A model generated the notes under the pieces. The model was not told where the DNA came from and ran no database searches. It saw only the letters and a program-made list of their open reading frames with translations. Below are positions 17,293 to 24,933 of a stretch of 38,737 bases of DNA, piece by piece (position 1 is the stretch's first letter; the number at the start of each line of letters is the position of its first letter). Origin of the DNA: a virus (taxonomy: Duplodnaviria > Caudoviricetes); the IMG/VR virus record IMGVR_UViG_3300033067_001866, positions 1 through 38,737 of that record; one strand, 5' to 3'. A program made the position numbers and the translations under genes.

Positions 17293-17401
17293 AAAGTTAG
17301 ATAATCTTTCGCGCGGTGATTGACAGGCTAAGCAGAGCGGCATAGGCTGAGGGTGTCCGGCGGCGCTGAGGCCGCCGGCGCCCCACCGATAGGAGCCGAC
17401 C
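17293..17401 (+). promoter_or_regulatory. Promoter cassette 4
   Basis: AAAGTTAGATAATCTTT-N10-TTGACA-N17-TAGGCT, CCGGCGGC/GCCGCCGG stem, ATAGGAGCCGACC-ATG. Confidence 0.88.
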
Positions 17402-18148
17402 ATGCACACCGGTGTCCACGCAGAGTTGGAGTACTACGAGCGGCGATGGCGCGAGTACTGCGCCATCGTAGAGGAAGCGGAAAAGGATGAAGCAGCCCAC
17501 GCGGGTGGCGAGTTTGCTGCCCACTACCGGCAGCACCGGCGCAACATGGAGGAGCTCCGCCACTTCCACGGCAGGCGCTGGGATTATTACACGCGCCTCG
17601 TCGACGCGGAAGAGGCAAAGGCGCGCCAAGAAGAGGAGCGCGCCCGTGACCGGCGTGACCGCTATCTGCGGGGCCTCGAATATGAGGCACAGCGCCGGGA
17701 CGAAGAGGCCGCAGAGGCGGCGCACGCCGAGCCGGCAGTGACGGCCGCCGCCGAGGCGGTCCGCGCCATGCGTGCCAAGCTCGGCACGCCGACGGGTAAA
17801 ACCGAGCGGTGGCAGCACTATGTCGCCATAGCTTTGGCGGCGGCGGAGGCCACGGCCGCCACGCCTGGCTTGTCGCGCCGCGACATCCAAATCGTGGAAG
17901 CCAAGGTCGTGTTCCCTCGCAAGGAGCATGGCTGCCTGGAGCAGTTCTCCTTTGAGCAGGCAGTGCGCCGACTTGACCCGGCATACTGCCAGGACAACCA
18001 ACTGCAAAGCCTCGCCGCGGCTCGCAGTGCCGCGATCGTCTCCGGGGATCTGGCTGCCATCTTGGCCGCCTGGGAGGAGGAAAACGTCGCCGCGCGTGCG
18101 GCAGCGGTCGAGCGGTGGAAGCAGCTGTTCATGCGTCCAGCAGTTTGA
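17402..18148 (+). CDS. Hypothetical charged helical protein, first gene of cassette 4
   Basis: AGGAGCCGACC-ATG; E/R/A-rich. Confidence 0.75.
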   Translation: MHTGVHAELEYYERRWREYCAIVEEAEKDEAAHAGGEFAAHYRQHRRNMEELRHFHGRRWDYYTRLVDAEEAKARQEEERARDRRDRYLRGLEYEAQRRDEEAAEAAHAEPAVTAAAEAVRAMRAKLGTPTGKTERWQHYVAIALAAAEATAATPGLSRRDIQIVEAKVVFPRKEHGCLEQFSFEQAVRRLDPAYCQDNQLQSLAAARSAAIVSGDLAAILAAWEEENVAARAAAVERWKQLFMRPAV

Positions 18149-18304
18149 CCCGACAAGGCCGAGTGCGGCGCCCGGCTGGCGGTGCCTGACCGGCCACGGG
18201 GCCGCCGCGAGGCCCCGGCACCTGCGCACGCCGCGCAGGCCCGCCCGCTGTAGTGCCGCGAGGCCGATGCGGGGTGCCCCTGGGGATGGGGCGGTGGAGG
18301 GGCG

Positions 18305-18580
18305 ATGGCTGACGAGTGCAAGGTGGTCCCCGCCAAGCTGATCGCGACTACGCGAGATGTCGCGCAAGCGATCCACGCGGCGCACAACGACTTGGTGCGG
18401 TGGTCGAGTTGGAGTCTTCCGGGCGACATAATGACCGAGTGGGCACTGCCTGGGGCGGACGCGCCGCTGCTTCGCCAGCGCACCACCTTCGAATGGGCAC
18501 AGGATGCCAAGGGGCCGTATCGGACCAACGAACGGCATGAGCAGTGGTTGGTGGTTGTCACCAACGACGTGTCCCGATGA
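18305..18580 (+). CDS. Hypothetical protein
   Basis: GGAGG RBS; ATGA overlap downstream. Confidence 0.6.
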   Translation: MADECKVVPAKLIATTRDVAQAIHAAHNDLVRWSSWSLPGDIMTEWALPGADAPLLRQRTTFEWAQDAKGPYRTNERHEQWLVVVTNDVSR

Positions 18581-18780
18581 CCGCCCCCAACTGGCAGGCC
18601 CGCTACGAGGCCGAGCGCGCCGCCCGCCTCGACGCCGAGGCCCGGCTGCGGGGGCTGCTCAGCGTGATGGGGCTGGCGCTGGCGGCCCTGGTGACGATCT
18701 GCGCGCTGGCGGGGTGCCTGCGCGCGACGAATGGTGTGAGCCGTGCGGTGGCGCGGTGGGGGGTGAGCGATGGGCGATGA
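18577..18780 (+). CDS. Small membrane protein
   Basis: ATGA overlap; one hydrophobic segment. Confidence 0.6.
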   Translation: MTAPNWQARYEAERAARLDAEARLRGLLSVMGLALAALVTICALAGCLRATNGVSRAVARWGVSDGR

Positions 18781-19192
18781 CTTGAAGCCGTGCCCGTTCT
18801 GCGGGGTATCAAACACACACATGGCAAGCGGCTGGCTCGACGGCCGCTACAGCGAGGAGGAGTGGTTTCAGGTGGAGTGTCAGGAGTGCTGCGCGGCCGG
18901 GCCGTCGAAGCCGTTCAAGTACCAAGCGGCCGAGGCGTGGGACAACGCAGGCGCAGCCGCCGCCCGCGCCGAGGCTGCTGAGCGCGAGCTGGCGCAGGCG
19001 CGGGCCGACGCGCGGATGCTCGCCGTCGCAGCCCACGGACTCGACGACTGCTGTTGGATCGACCAAATGCAGGCGGCCGGGCTGACCGAGGCTGAGGTGG
19101 ACGCGCTCGACGCGCTCTATGACCGCCTGTACGACCGCCCCGACGCCGAGGTGGTCGCGGCCATCCGGCGCGCGCTCGGGGGTGCTGCATGA
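18770..19192 (+). CDS. Lar-like Zn-ribbon protein
   Basis: LKPCPFCG...VECQECCAAGP...AAEAWD. Confidence 0.78.
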   Translation: MGDDLKPCPFCGVSNTHMASGWLDGRYSEEEWFQVECQECCAAGPSKPFKYQAAEAWDNAGAAAARAEAAERELAQARADARMLAVAAHGLDDCCWIDQMQAAGLTEAEVDALDALYDRLYDRPDAEVVAAIRRALGGAA

Positions 19193-19464
19193 GCGCCGCC
19201 GCCCTCGCTGTCATCATCGCCCTCGGCGTCATCATCGCCGCCATCCCCACCGTCGTCGCTATGGCGCTGTCCATGCCCCCACGGCAGCCCGACCACCCCG
19301 CGGCCGGCCGCACCTCCGCGCTCATCGGGCTGCGCGGCTGGCACGGGTGCCACATCGACGCCGCAGGGCGCACGGTGTGGGTCGACCCCGTGGCGCGGTC
19401 GACTGCGGCCGGGGCGCTGGCGGTGGCGGACGTGGAGATGCGGCGGGCTGGGGGTGTGGCATGA
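19189..19464 (+). CDS. Hypothetical membrane-anchored protein
   Basis: ATGA overlaps both sides; N-terminal hydrophobic helix. Confidence 0.65.
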   Translation: MSAAALAVIIALGVIIAAIPTVVAMALSMPPRQPDHPAAGRTSALIGLRGWHGCHIDAAGRTVWVDPVARSTAAGALAVADVEMRRAGGVA

Positions 19465-19751
19465 GTGCCCGCGCCATTCCATCCCGCCTCGGGGTGCTCT
19501 CCATCCTCGCGGCCACGCTGTCCGGCGATGCCTACCCCCTCGACCTGCCGCTCTACGACCACACCCCAGCGCGCTCGCGTCGGCGCCGTCGTGGCGGGTC
19601 TGCGCGGCGCCGTCGGTGGGCTGCGCGCTACTGGGCGGACCTGCACTGGGCCGCCCTCGGGCGCACGCCATCGCCGCAGGAGGGTCAGCGCAGGCGGGAG
19701 CGGCAGCGCAGGGAGCGCGAGGCGCGGCGGCGGCAGAGGGGGCGGCGGTGA
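19461..19751 (+). CDS. Hypothetical Arg-rich protein
   Basis: ATGA/GTGA coupling. Confidence 0.55.
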   Translation: MSARAIPSRLGVLSILAATLSGDAYPLDLPLYDHTPARSRRRRRGGSARRRRWAARYWADLHWAALGRTPSPQEGQRRRERQRREREARRRQRGRR

Positions 19752-19939
19752 CCCGCCGCCTGCTCATGCGCCGCCCCCGCACCACCGCCGAGCGCCGGGC
19801 CGCCGCGGCTGCCGACGCCGACGTGCGCGCGGGCGAGGATGTGGTGCCGGTGCGGGCGCGCGAGCGGCCGACGGCGTGGGATGACCGCCCGGTGAGCGCC
19901 GTGGCTGACCGGTCGCGCCGGTGGCCGTGGTGGTGGTAG
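19748..19939 (+). CDS. Hypothetical protein (RRPRTT.ERR...WDD)
   Basis: GTGA overlap; motif seen in small phage proteins. Confidence 0.55.
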   Translation: MTRRLLMRRPRTTAERRAAAAADADVRAGEDVVPVRARERPTAWDDRPVSAVADRSRRWPWWW

Positions 19940-20004
19940 GCCCTGCCCGCGTGGTGCGGATGGGGCAGGGGTAGGGGCGCCGTGGGGCGCGGGGAGGTGA
20001 TGGG

Positions 20005-20424
20005 ATGGGGCGCGTGAAGAATTGTCCGTTCTGTGGGTCGTTTGGGCACGCTGAGCAGCGTGACGACGTGCACTTTGTGGCGTGCGGCTCCTGTGGAGCG
20101 GAGGGGCCAGCGTTCGCGGATGACGACGATGACGACGCGGAAGAGCAGGCCAAAGACGCATGGAACGACCGCCCGCTCGAAGCCGCCGCTCGCGCCCGCG
20201 AGACGATGGCTGTGGCGCAGGCTCGCACTGAGGGCGAGATCGCCGGGTTCGCGCGAGCCTTGGCCGCCATTGAGGCGCGGGCCGTCGCCCGTGAGGCGCA
20301 GGTTGCCGTAGCGGCAGAGGCTGGCGGGGAGGTTGACGCAGTGCGGCTCAAGGCTGGCGAGCTGCGCGCGGTCGCTGAGGACATTCGGCGGGAGGCAGCA
20401 GGCTGGGTCGCTGTCACCCGCTGA
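20005..20424 (+). CDS. Lar-like Zn-ribbon protein
   Basis: VKNCPFCG...FVACGSCGAEGP...AKDAWNDR; GGAGGTG RBS. Confidence 0.78.
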   Translation: MGRVKNCPFCGSFGHAEQRDDVHFVACGSCGAEGPAFADDDDDDAEEQAKDAWNDRPLEAAARARETMAVAQARTEGEIAGFARALAAIEARAVAREAQVAVAAEAGGEVDAVRLKAGELRAVAEDIRREAAGWVAVTR

Positions 20425-20506
20425 AACCCCCGCGCCCCCTCCGGGTGATACCGTAGCGCAGGCCCGAGCCCCCACCGCACCCGGGGGACGTGCGCCAGGG
20501 GGCAGC

Positions 20507-20758
20507 GTGGGGGAGCATCGGCGGCAGGCCCTCATCCTCGCGCTGCGGGATGCCGTGCGGCTGCTCCGCGCGCCGCTGGCGGGGCCGGATGGGCCGCTGA
20601 GCGACCGGGTGGCGGTGGCGCAGCATGAGGCCGTGGGGCTGCTGCTGACGGTGGGTGGGCTACGGGGTGGGTGCGTGTGGTGGGCCGCGGTCCGGGTGGT
20701 CTGGGCTGCGGGGAGGATGTACGAGAGGGCGCGTGGGGCGCCGAGGGAGACGACATGA
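20507..20758 (+). CDS. Hypothetical protein (start uncertain)
   Basis: GTG start; ATGA overlap with next gene. Confidence 0.4.
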   Translation: MGEHRRQALILALRDAVRLLRAPLAGPDGPLSDRVAVAQHEAVGLLLTVGGLRGGCVWWAAVRVVWAAGRMYERARGAPRETT

Positions 20759-21060
20759 AGGACAAAGCAAAGGCCAAGGCCGGTTCAATCGCGGCCGAAA
20801 TCCGGCGCTTGACGCTGAGGCTTGACCGCGCCGTGGTGCTGAACGGCGCCCGTGCTGCCGACAAAAGCAGCTTCGCTGGCGCGCCATACGCGGCCGACAT
20901 CCTGTTCGCTGCCGAGCGGGTCGGTCACGCGAAAGACCGCGCGCTCGCGGCATACGGCGGGCCGCGGGCGGCGGTTTACCCCTACGTGGTGGGGCGCGCG
21001 CTGCGAGACGCAAACGCGGCCATCACGCGGGCGCACCCGTTGTTTGAGGACATGCTCTGA
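20755..21060 (+). CDS. Hypothetical protein
   Basis: GGGAG RBS, ATG 20755. Confidence 0.65.
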   Translation: MKDKAKAKAGSIAAEIRRLTLRLDRAVVLNGARAADKSSFAGAPYAADILFAAERVGHAKDRALAAYGGPRAAVYPYVVGRALRDANAAITRAHPLFEDML

Positions 21061-21066
21061 CAGCGC

Positions 21067-21098
21067 AAAGCCCCGGCCTGTTGGAAGCAGACCGGGGC
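21067..21098. terminator. Hairpin between converging early and late units
   Basis: GCCCCGGcCTG-ttggaag-CAGaCCGGGGC with short T run on minus strand. Confidence 0.6.
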
Positions 21099-21134
21099 CA
21101 GAGTCGCCCATGCGCGAGGCGTGCCCTCAGTGTA

Positions 21135-21506
21135 TCACGCCGCGACCCACGGCGACGTGAGCGGCGCGCCCTGCCACCCCGTGTACCGCGCCCGGCACGC
21201 GGTCAGCAGCGCGGCGGCCCCGCCCTGGGAGGCGTTCTCGGCGCGCTGCTTGGCCTTGCTCCACGCTCGGCTGGCGGGCCCGGTGCTGAGCGCCGTGTCG
21301 AGCTGAGCCTCGCCCAGCGCCGCGGCGGCAAAGATGGCGCCGAGCTGCGCCGCGGTCAGGCGCTCGCCCGGCACGTCGCGGTCGGTGGCGCTGTGCCAGC
21401 CGTCGCCACTGCCCGGGTCCTGCCCCCACGCGAGGCCGTAGAGGGCGGCGCCGAGCACGAGGGAGACGACGCGGGGGGGCTCAATGTCGACGTCGGGGCG
21501 GCCCAT
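21135..21506 (-). CDS. Hypothetical protein
   Basis: TGATG coupling to the Tad1-like gene. Confidence 0.55.
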   Translation of the reverse strand: MGRPDVDIEPPRVVSLVLGAALYGLAWGQDPGSGDGWHSATDRDVPGERLTAAQLGAIFAAAALGEAQLDTALSTGPASRAWSKAKQRAENASQGGAAALLTACRARYTGWQGAPLTSPWVAA

Positions 21507-21874
21507 CAGACGGCCCCAGAGGTGTGCGCCTTGTTCGCGCCGAGGACCCCTTGCGCCACACGCCGGGCCACGCGGACACCGAGGGCGGCGCGGGCGGCCT
21601 GGATGGCGCTGAGCGCGTCGGCGTTCTCAGGACACGCGAAGGGGCCAGCCTGGAAGGCGGCCATGCGGTCCTCAACGATGGCGAGCAGGTCGTCGTCGAA
21701 GACGCCGGCGGTCGACGTGGGCAGGCCCCGCGCGCCGTGCTGGAACTGGATGCGGCAGACCTCGCCGGGGCCGCCGTACTGGATGCCGTAGGTGTGGCAG
21801 GCGTTGCCTGCGGCGGGGTCGCGGTCGTCGAGGGCGGCGACGTTGGTGGGGGCGTTGTTCGGGATGGTGTGCAT
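21506..21874 (-). CDS. tad1: Tad1-family anti-Thoeris/anti-CBASS cyclic nucleotide sponge
   Basis: GNACHTY.I, IQFQHGAR, GVFDDDLLAIVEDRM.AFQAGPFAC.EN..AL, R...R...VLGAN match the Tad1 pattern; AAGGAG RBS. Confidence 0.85.
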   Translation of the reverse strand: MHTIPNNAPTNVAALDDRDPAAGNACHTYGIQYGGPGEVCRIQFQHGARGLPTSTAGVFDDDLLAIVEDRMAAFQAGPFACPENADALSAIQAARAALGVRVARRVAQGVLGANKAHTSGAV

Positions 21875-21884
21875 CAGGGACTCC

Positions 21885-22079
21885 TTAGCGGCCATGCCGC
21901 GGGCGGGTGTGCAGGGTCAGCCTCGGCGCCACGGGCGCGGGCGGGGTGGCCTCGGCGATGGCGGCGAGGCGCAGGGCGAGGGCGGCGGGGCCGCGCCACG
22001 GCAGGGCCGCGGGCAGCGGCGTGGGCTGCGGATAGCGGCCGTGGGTGTTGGCGGGGAGGGGGCAGGTGTCGGGGGTCAT
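21885..22079 (-). CDS. Hypothetical Pro-rich protein
   Basis: ATGA overlap with upstream small ORF. Confidence 0.45.
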   Translation of the reverse strand: MTPDTCPLPANTHGRYPQPTPLPAALPWRGPAALALRLAAIAEATPPAPVAPRLTLHTRPRHGR

Positions 22080-22198
22080 CGGTCGCCCCGCCGCATCTCG
22101 TCGGCAGCAATCGAAAGAAGCGCGTCAAACCGGGTTATCACGATGATGGCGGCGAGCATCACGAGCCCGCCGATCATGCAGCCGATGGTCTCGATCAC
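22076..22198 (-). CDS. Small membrane peptide (MIETIGCMIGGLVMLAAIIVITRFDALLSIAADEMRRGDR)
   Basis: GTGA and ATGA overlaps; single TM helix. Confidence 0.55.
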   Translation of the reverse strand: MIETIGCMIGGLVMLAAIIVITRFDALLSIAADEMRRGDR

Positions 22199-22419
22199 GC
22201 CTGCCCCCGCGGCCCATCGACCGGGCGGAGGGTCTGCCCCTCAGGCTCGGCCCGGGGCTCGGGCTCGACAGCCCCGACCAGCGCGGCGAGGGCGACGCAG
22301 AGCAGGTCGCGGCGGGCGGTGCTCATGCGCGGCGCGGGCTCGGGCGCCACCACCGCGAGGGCGGGGGCGACGTAGGGGGCGGCCACGGGGGCAGCGGCGG
22401 GCGAGGCGGCGAGGTGCAC
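22195..22419 (-). CDS. Hypothetical protein
   Basis: GGAGCCGCC-GTG start. Confidence 0.5.
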   Translation of the reverse strand: MHLAASPAAAPVAAPYVAPALAVVAPEPAPRMSTARRDLLCVALAALVGAVEPEPRAEPEGQTLRPVDGPRGQA

Positions 22420-22455
22420 GGCGGCTCCGGCCCCGGCGCCCGGGGCGGCGGTGGG

Positions 22456-22851
22456 TCAGGTGAGCGGGGGCAGCTCGGCGGGGAGGGCGAGCGCGACGGC
22501 GGCGCAGGCTTGCCAGCGGGCGAGGGTGAGCTGCTCTTCGGCGATATGCGCGCAACGCGAGCGCGCGTGCGGGACCGCGACCGCCTCGTTGGCGGCCATG
22601 CGGGCGAGGCGGACGCAGCGGATCGCCGCGCTCAGGTCTGCGCTCGGCGGGCAGACGGCGACAAGCTCGTCATGGAAGCGCTTGCACGCCGCGGAGATGC
22701 GCTCAAAGCGCGCCCGAGGCGGCACGTCGTCAGCGTCGATGTCCTCGACGATGGAGGCTGCGCACTCCGTCTGTGCGGAGAGGATGCGCTGGTGACGCGC
22801 CGCGGTGTCGTCGTTGGGGGCGATGTAGGTGAAGGTGTCGGCGATGGGCAT
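22456..22851 (-). CDS. Acb2/Tad1-hairpin-like protein (FTY.AP...CP.S...A...ARM.AN.A), putative nucleotide sponge
   Basis: Resembles the FTYHAP...CPDSREKSLA.TKLEEA.MWANAAIA family; GGAG RBS. Confidence 0.6.
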   Translation of the reverse strand: MPIADTFTYIAPNDDTAARHQRILSAQTECAASIVEDIDADDVPPRARFERISAACKRFHDELVAVCPPSADLSAAIRCVRLARMAANEAVAVPHARSRCAHIAEEQLTLARWQACAAVALALPAELPPLT

Positions 22852-22866
22852 CGGGGCTCCGGTGGG

Positions 22867-23214
22867 TCAGGTGTCGACGGCGCGGCGGAGGGCCTCGGTC
22901 GCGATGCTGACAGACTGCTGTGTGAGCGCCACTTGCTTGTCCAGGGCGGCGCACAGGGTCTGCAGGTCGTCGATGCGTTTGGCTTGCGCGGCGACATCCT
23001 TGCGCCACTCATGCCAGATTTTGCCGACCGCGAGCAGAGACACGCCGCTCGGGCCCCACGCTGCCGCGGCGGCAGCGAAAGGGTCGGCGCCTGAGGTGGC
23101 CGGCGCGAGGGCGGCGGGGTCCTGCGCCCATGCCGCGGCGGCGCACGCGAGGCAGGCCGCGGCGGCGCAGACGAGGGCGATGGCGGGGCCGCGGAGGTGG
23201 CGGGGGAGGCTCAT
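22867..23214 (-). CDS. Membrane protein with signal-like N-terminus and C-terminal coiled coil; holin/lysis candidate
   Basis: Hydrophobic N-terminus ending AWA|QD, second hydrophobic stretch, heptad tail; near endolysin. Confidence 0.55.
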   Translation of the reverse strand: MSLPRHLRGPAIALVCAAAACLACAAAAWAQDPAALAPATSGADPFAAAAAAWGPSGVSLLAVGKIWHEWRKDVAAQAKRIDDLQTLCAALDKQVALTQQSVSIATEALRRAVDT

Positions 23215-23780
23215 GCGGCCACCTCGACGGCGCGGCCGGCGACCGTCCAGCCGCGGGCGAGGGCGGCGGGGAGGGAGTGCGGCGAGACCCAGCGGCGCTT
23301 GGGGGCGGCGACGGCGCCGACGCGCAGTGCGCGCGGGCGCGATGGGCAGGACCACTGCGCGGGGGTCTGCCGGTCGTGTGGGCTCACCACCTCGACCCAT
23401 CCGGCCGCGCGGAGGGACGTCCCAGGCTCCACACCGAGCGTGTAGGTCACGATCGGCAGGCCTGCCTCGCGGGCCCAGCGCGCGGCGGCGCCGAGGAGCG
23501 CGGACGCGCAGCCCGGTGGCGCGCCGTCGGGGACGATGCCGCGGGTGAACTCGACCCAGCCGCCGCCCTGCAAGTAGCGGGCTGACGGGCGGCCGATGAT
23601 GCCCCACGCGCATGGCCAGCGGGTGTCGCGGCGCACTACCTCGATGCCGACCAGTCCGCCCGCGACGCGGGGCAGGTGGCGGTGGTGCTCGGCGCAGCGC
23701 CGGACCGGCTCGGCGACGCCGATGGTGCGGGTCGTGAGGCGGACGGCGCCGGCGGGCTTGTGGCGGGGGGCGTGTGGCAT
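23211..23780 (-). CDS. XF1762/Mom-like GNAT-fold protein (putative DNA modification); alternative GTG start at 23828
   Basis: HHRHLP, IIGRPSAR.L..G..VE.TR, CAS.L, VTYTL..E.GTSLRAAGW, W..PSRPR, K.RW. Confidence 0.75.
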   Translation of the reverse strand: MPHAPRHKPAGAVRLTTRTIGVAEPVRRCAEHHRHLPRVAGGLVGIEVVRRDTRWPCAWGIIGRPSARYLQGGGWVEFTRGIVPDGAPPGCASALLGAAARWAREAGLPIVTYTLGVEPGTSLRAAGWVEVVSPHDRQTPAQWSCPSRPRALRVGAVAAPKRRWVSPHSLPAALARGWTVAGRAVEVAA

Positions 23781-23820
23781 CGCCGCCAGCGTAGCACGGT
23801 GGGCGGCGCCTTGGGCAGCC

Positions 23821-24264
23821 TCAGACACCGCGCACTTCCCAGTGTGCGCCGTCGGGCGGGCCGTTCCAATCGCCGCCCCAATGCAGGGTCGCGCCGTTGG
23901 TCAGGCCCTCGGCGACCATCAGTGCCCACTCCGCCCGGATCACCGGAGCGCAGGCGCGGATCGGACCCCAATCCGCGGGCGAGGGCTTGCCGGCGATGAA
24001 GGGCACCACGTCGATAGCTTGGCTGGGCGAGGTGTTGTGCTTGCTCTGGCCCGGCGCGGCGTTGGTGACGCGGGGGCCGGGCGTGGTGCGGCCCTTTGCG
24101 TAGAGCGCGGCTTGCTCCGCGTGGGTGCGATGGCCATAGACCACGGTCAGATCGTGGGGCATGTCGGCCCGCTTGATCGCGCGCTGGAACAGGGTCACGA
24201 TCAGGGGGTGGCAGGTCATCAGGCGGGCAAGCGAGGTCGCCCCGAAGGCATAGGGTCCGGGCAT
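23821..24264 (-). CDS. Endolysin, peptidase M15 (L-Ala-D-Glu peptidase type)
   Basis: GHRT..EQ..LYAKGRT, VTNA..GQSKHN, AIDV, WGGDW, D..HWE. Confidence 0.92.
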   Translation of the reverse strand: MPGPYAFGATSLARLMTCHPLIVTLFQRAIKRADMPHDLTVVYGHRTHAEQAALYAKGRTTPGPRVTNAAPGQSKHNTSPSQAIDVVPFIAGKPSPADWGPIRACAPVIRAEWALMVAEGLTNGATLHWGGDWNGPPDGAHWEVRGV

Positions 24265-24266
24265 CG

Positions 24267-24464
24267 TCAGTCCTCCTTGGCCGATCCGGCCAGCTCGATC
24301 ACGTCTGCCACGATCTCGGCGCCGGTCGAGGCGATGATCGCCAGCTCGCGGCGGGACAGGCCGCCGACGGCGAGGCGGATCACACGCGCGGTCAGACGCA
24401 GCAGGTCGCCCGCGACCGACCACACGGTCGGGGTGACGCTGTCCTGTTTGTCTGGTCGGGGCAT
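24267..24464 (-). CDS. Small protein upstream of endolysin, possible lysis accessory
   Basis: 65 aa amphipathic; TGATG coupling; its 3' end supplies the AAGGAGG RBS of the endolysin. Confidence 0.55.
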   Translation of the reverse strand: MPRPDKQDSVTPTVWSVAGDLLRLTARVIRLAVGGLSRRELAIIASTGAEIVADVIELAGSAKED

Positions 24465-24583
24465 CAGCACTCCGGTGCGCCGCGGTGGCGCTCGTAGCGG
24501 GTGGCGTAGTCGATCAGGTCGCGGCGGCGCAGGCGCAGGACGTGGACCGGGGCGCCGTCGGCGTCGCGGATCGTCAGGGTCAT
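24464..24583 (-). CDS. Small hypothetical protein (39 aa)
   Basis: ATGA and TGATG overlaps. Confidence 0.5.
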   Translation of the reverse strand: MTLTIRDADGAPVHVLRLRRRDLIDYATRYERHRGAPEC

Positions 24584-24933
24584 CGGGGCCCCTGCAGGCG
24601 CAGCGCTGTGTCGAGGCTCGCGCAGATGTCGCGGGTGGCGCCCTCGGGCAGCCCCGCAGCAACGGCGTAGGCCACGGCGTCGGCGAGTTCCTGCGCCAGT
24701 TCGACGGGGGCGGGCCCCCAGCCGACCGCGAGCGGGGCGCCGTACAGACGTTCGCCGTGGGCGAGGCGGACTTGGATGAGCACCCGCGCCTCTGTGCTGA
24801 GGTACGGAGGCAGGTGATCCCGCACCGGGCGACCGGGGCCGCTGGGGCCACAGTCGCGCAGGGCGATGGGGTGCGATGGGGCAGGGTCTGCCCACAGGGC
24901 GGCCCATGCGGCGCGCAGGCGGGCGAAGATCAC
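24580..24933 (-). CDS. Hypothetical protein, possibly MazG-like all-alpha NTP pyrophosphatase
   Basis: R...G...YG.PL...ELAQELADAVAY pattern. Confidence 0.45.
   Translation of the reverse strand: MIFARLRAAWAALWADPAPSHPIALRDCGPSGPGRPVRDHLPPYLSTEARVLIQVRLAHGERLYGAPLAVGWGPAPVELAQELADAVAYAVAAGLPEGATRDICASLDTALRLQGPR

Noticed and set aside
6756-17401. Repeated motifs as a CRISPR array or integron attC cassettes
   Set aside because: Kilobases apart, irregular spacing, clear promoter anatomy, no cas or integrase in the window
18577-18780. LAGC lipobox suggesting a spanin or lipoprotein
   Set aside because: Cys is ~47 residues from the start and the gene is far from the lysis cassette
15815-19464. 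Shared GGAA/GGVA C-termini in several early proteins
   Set aside because: By-product of the GGGGGTG RBS plus ATGA coupling to the next gene
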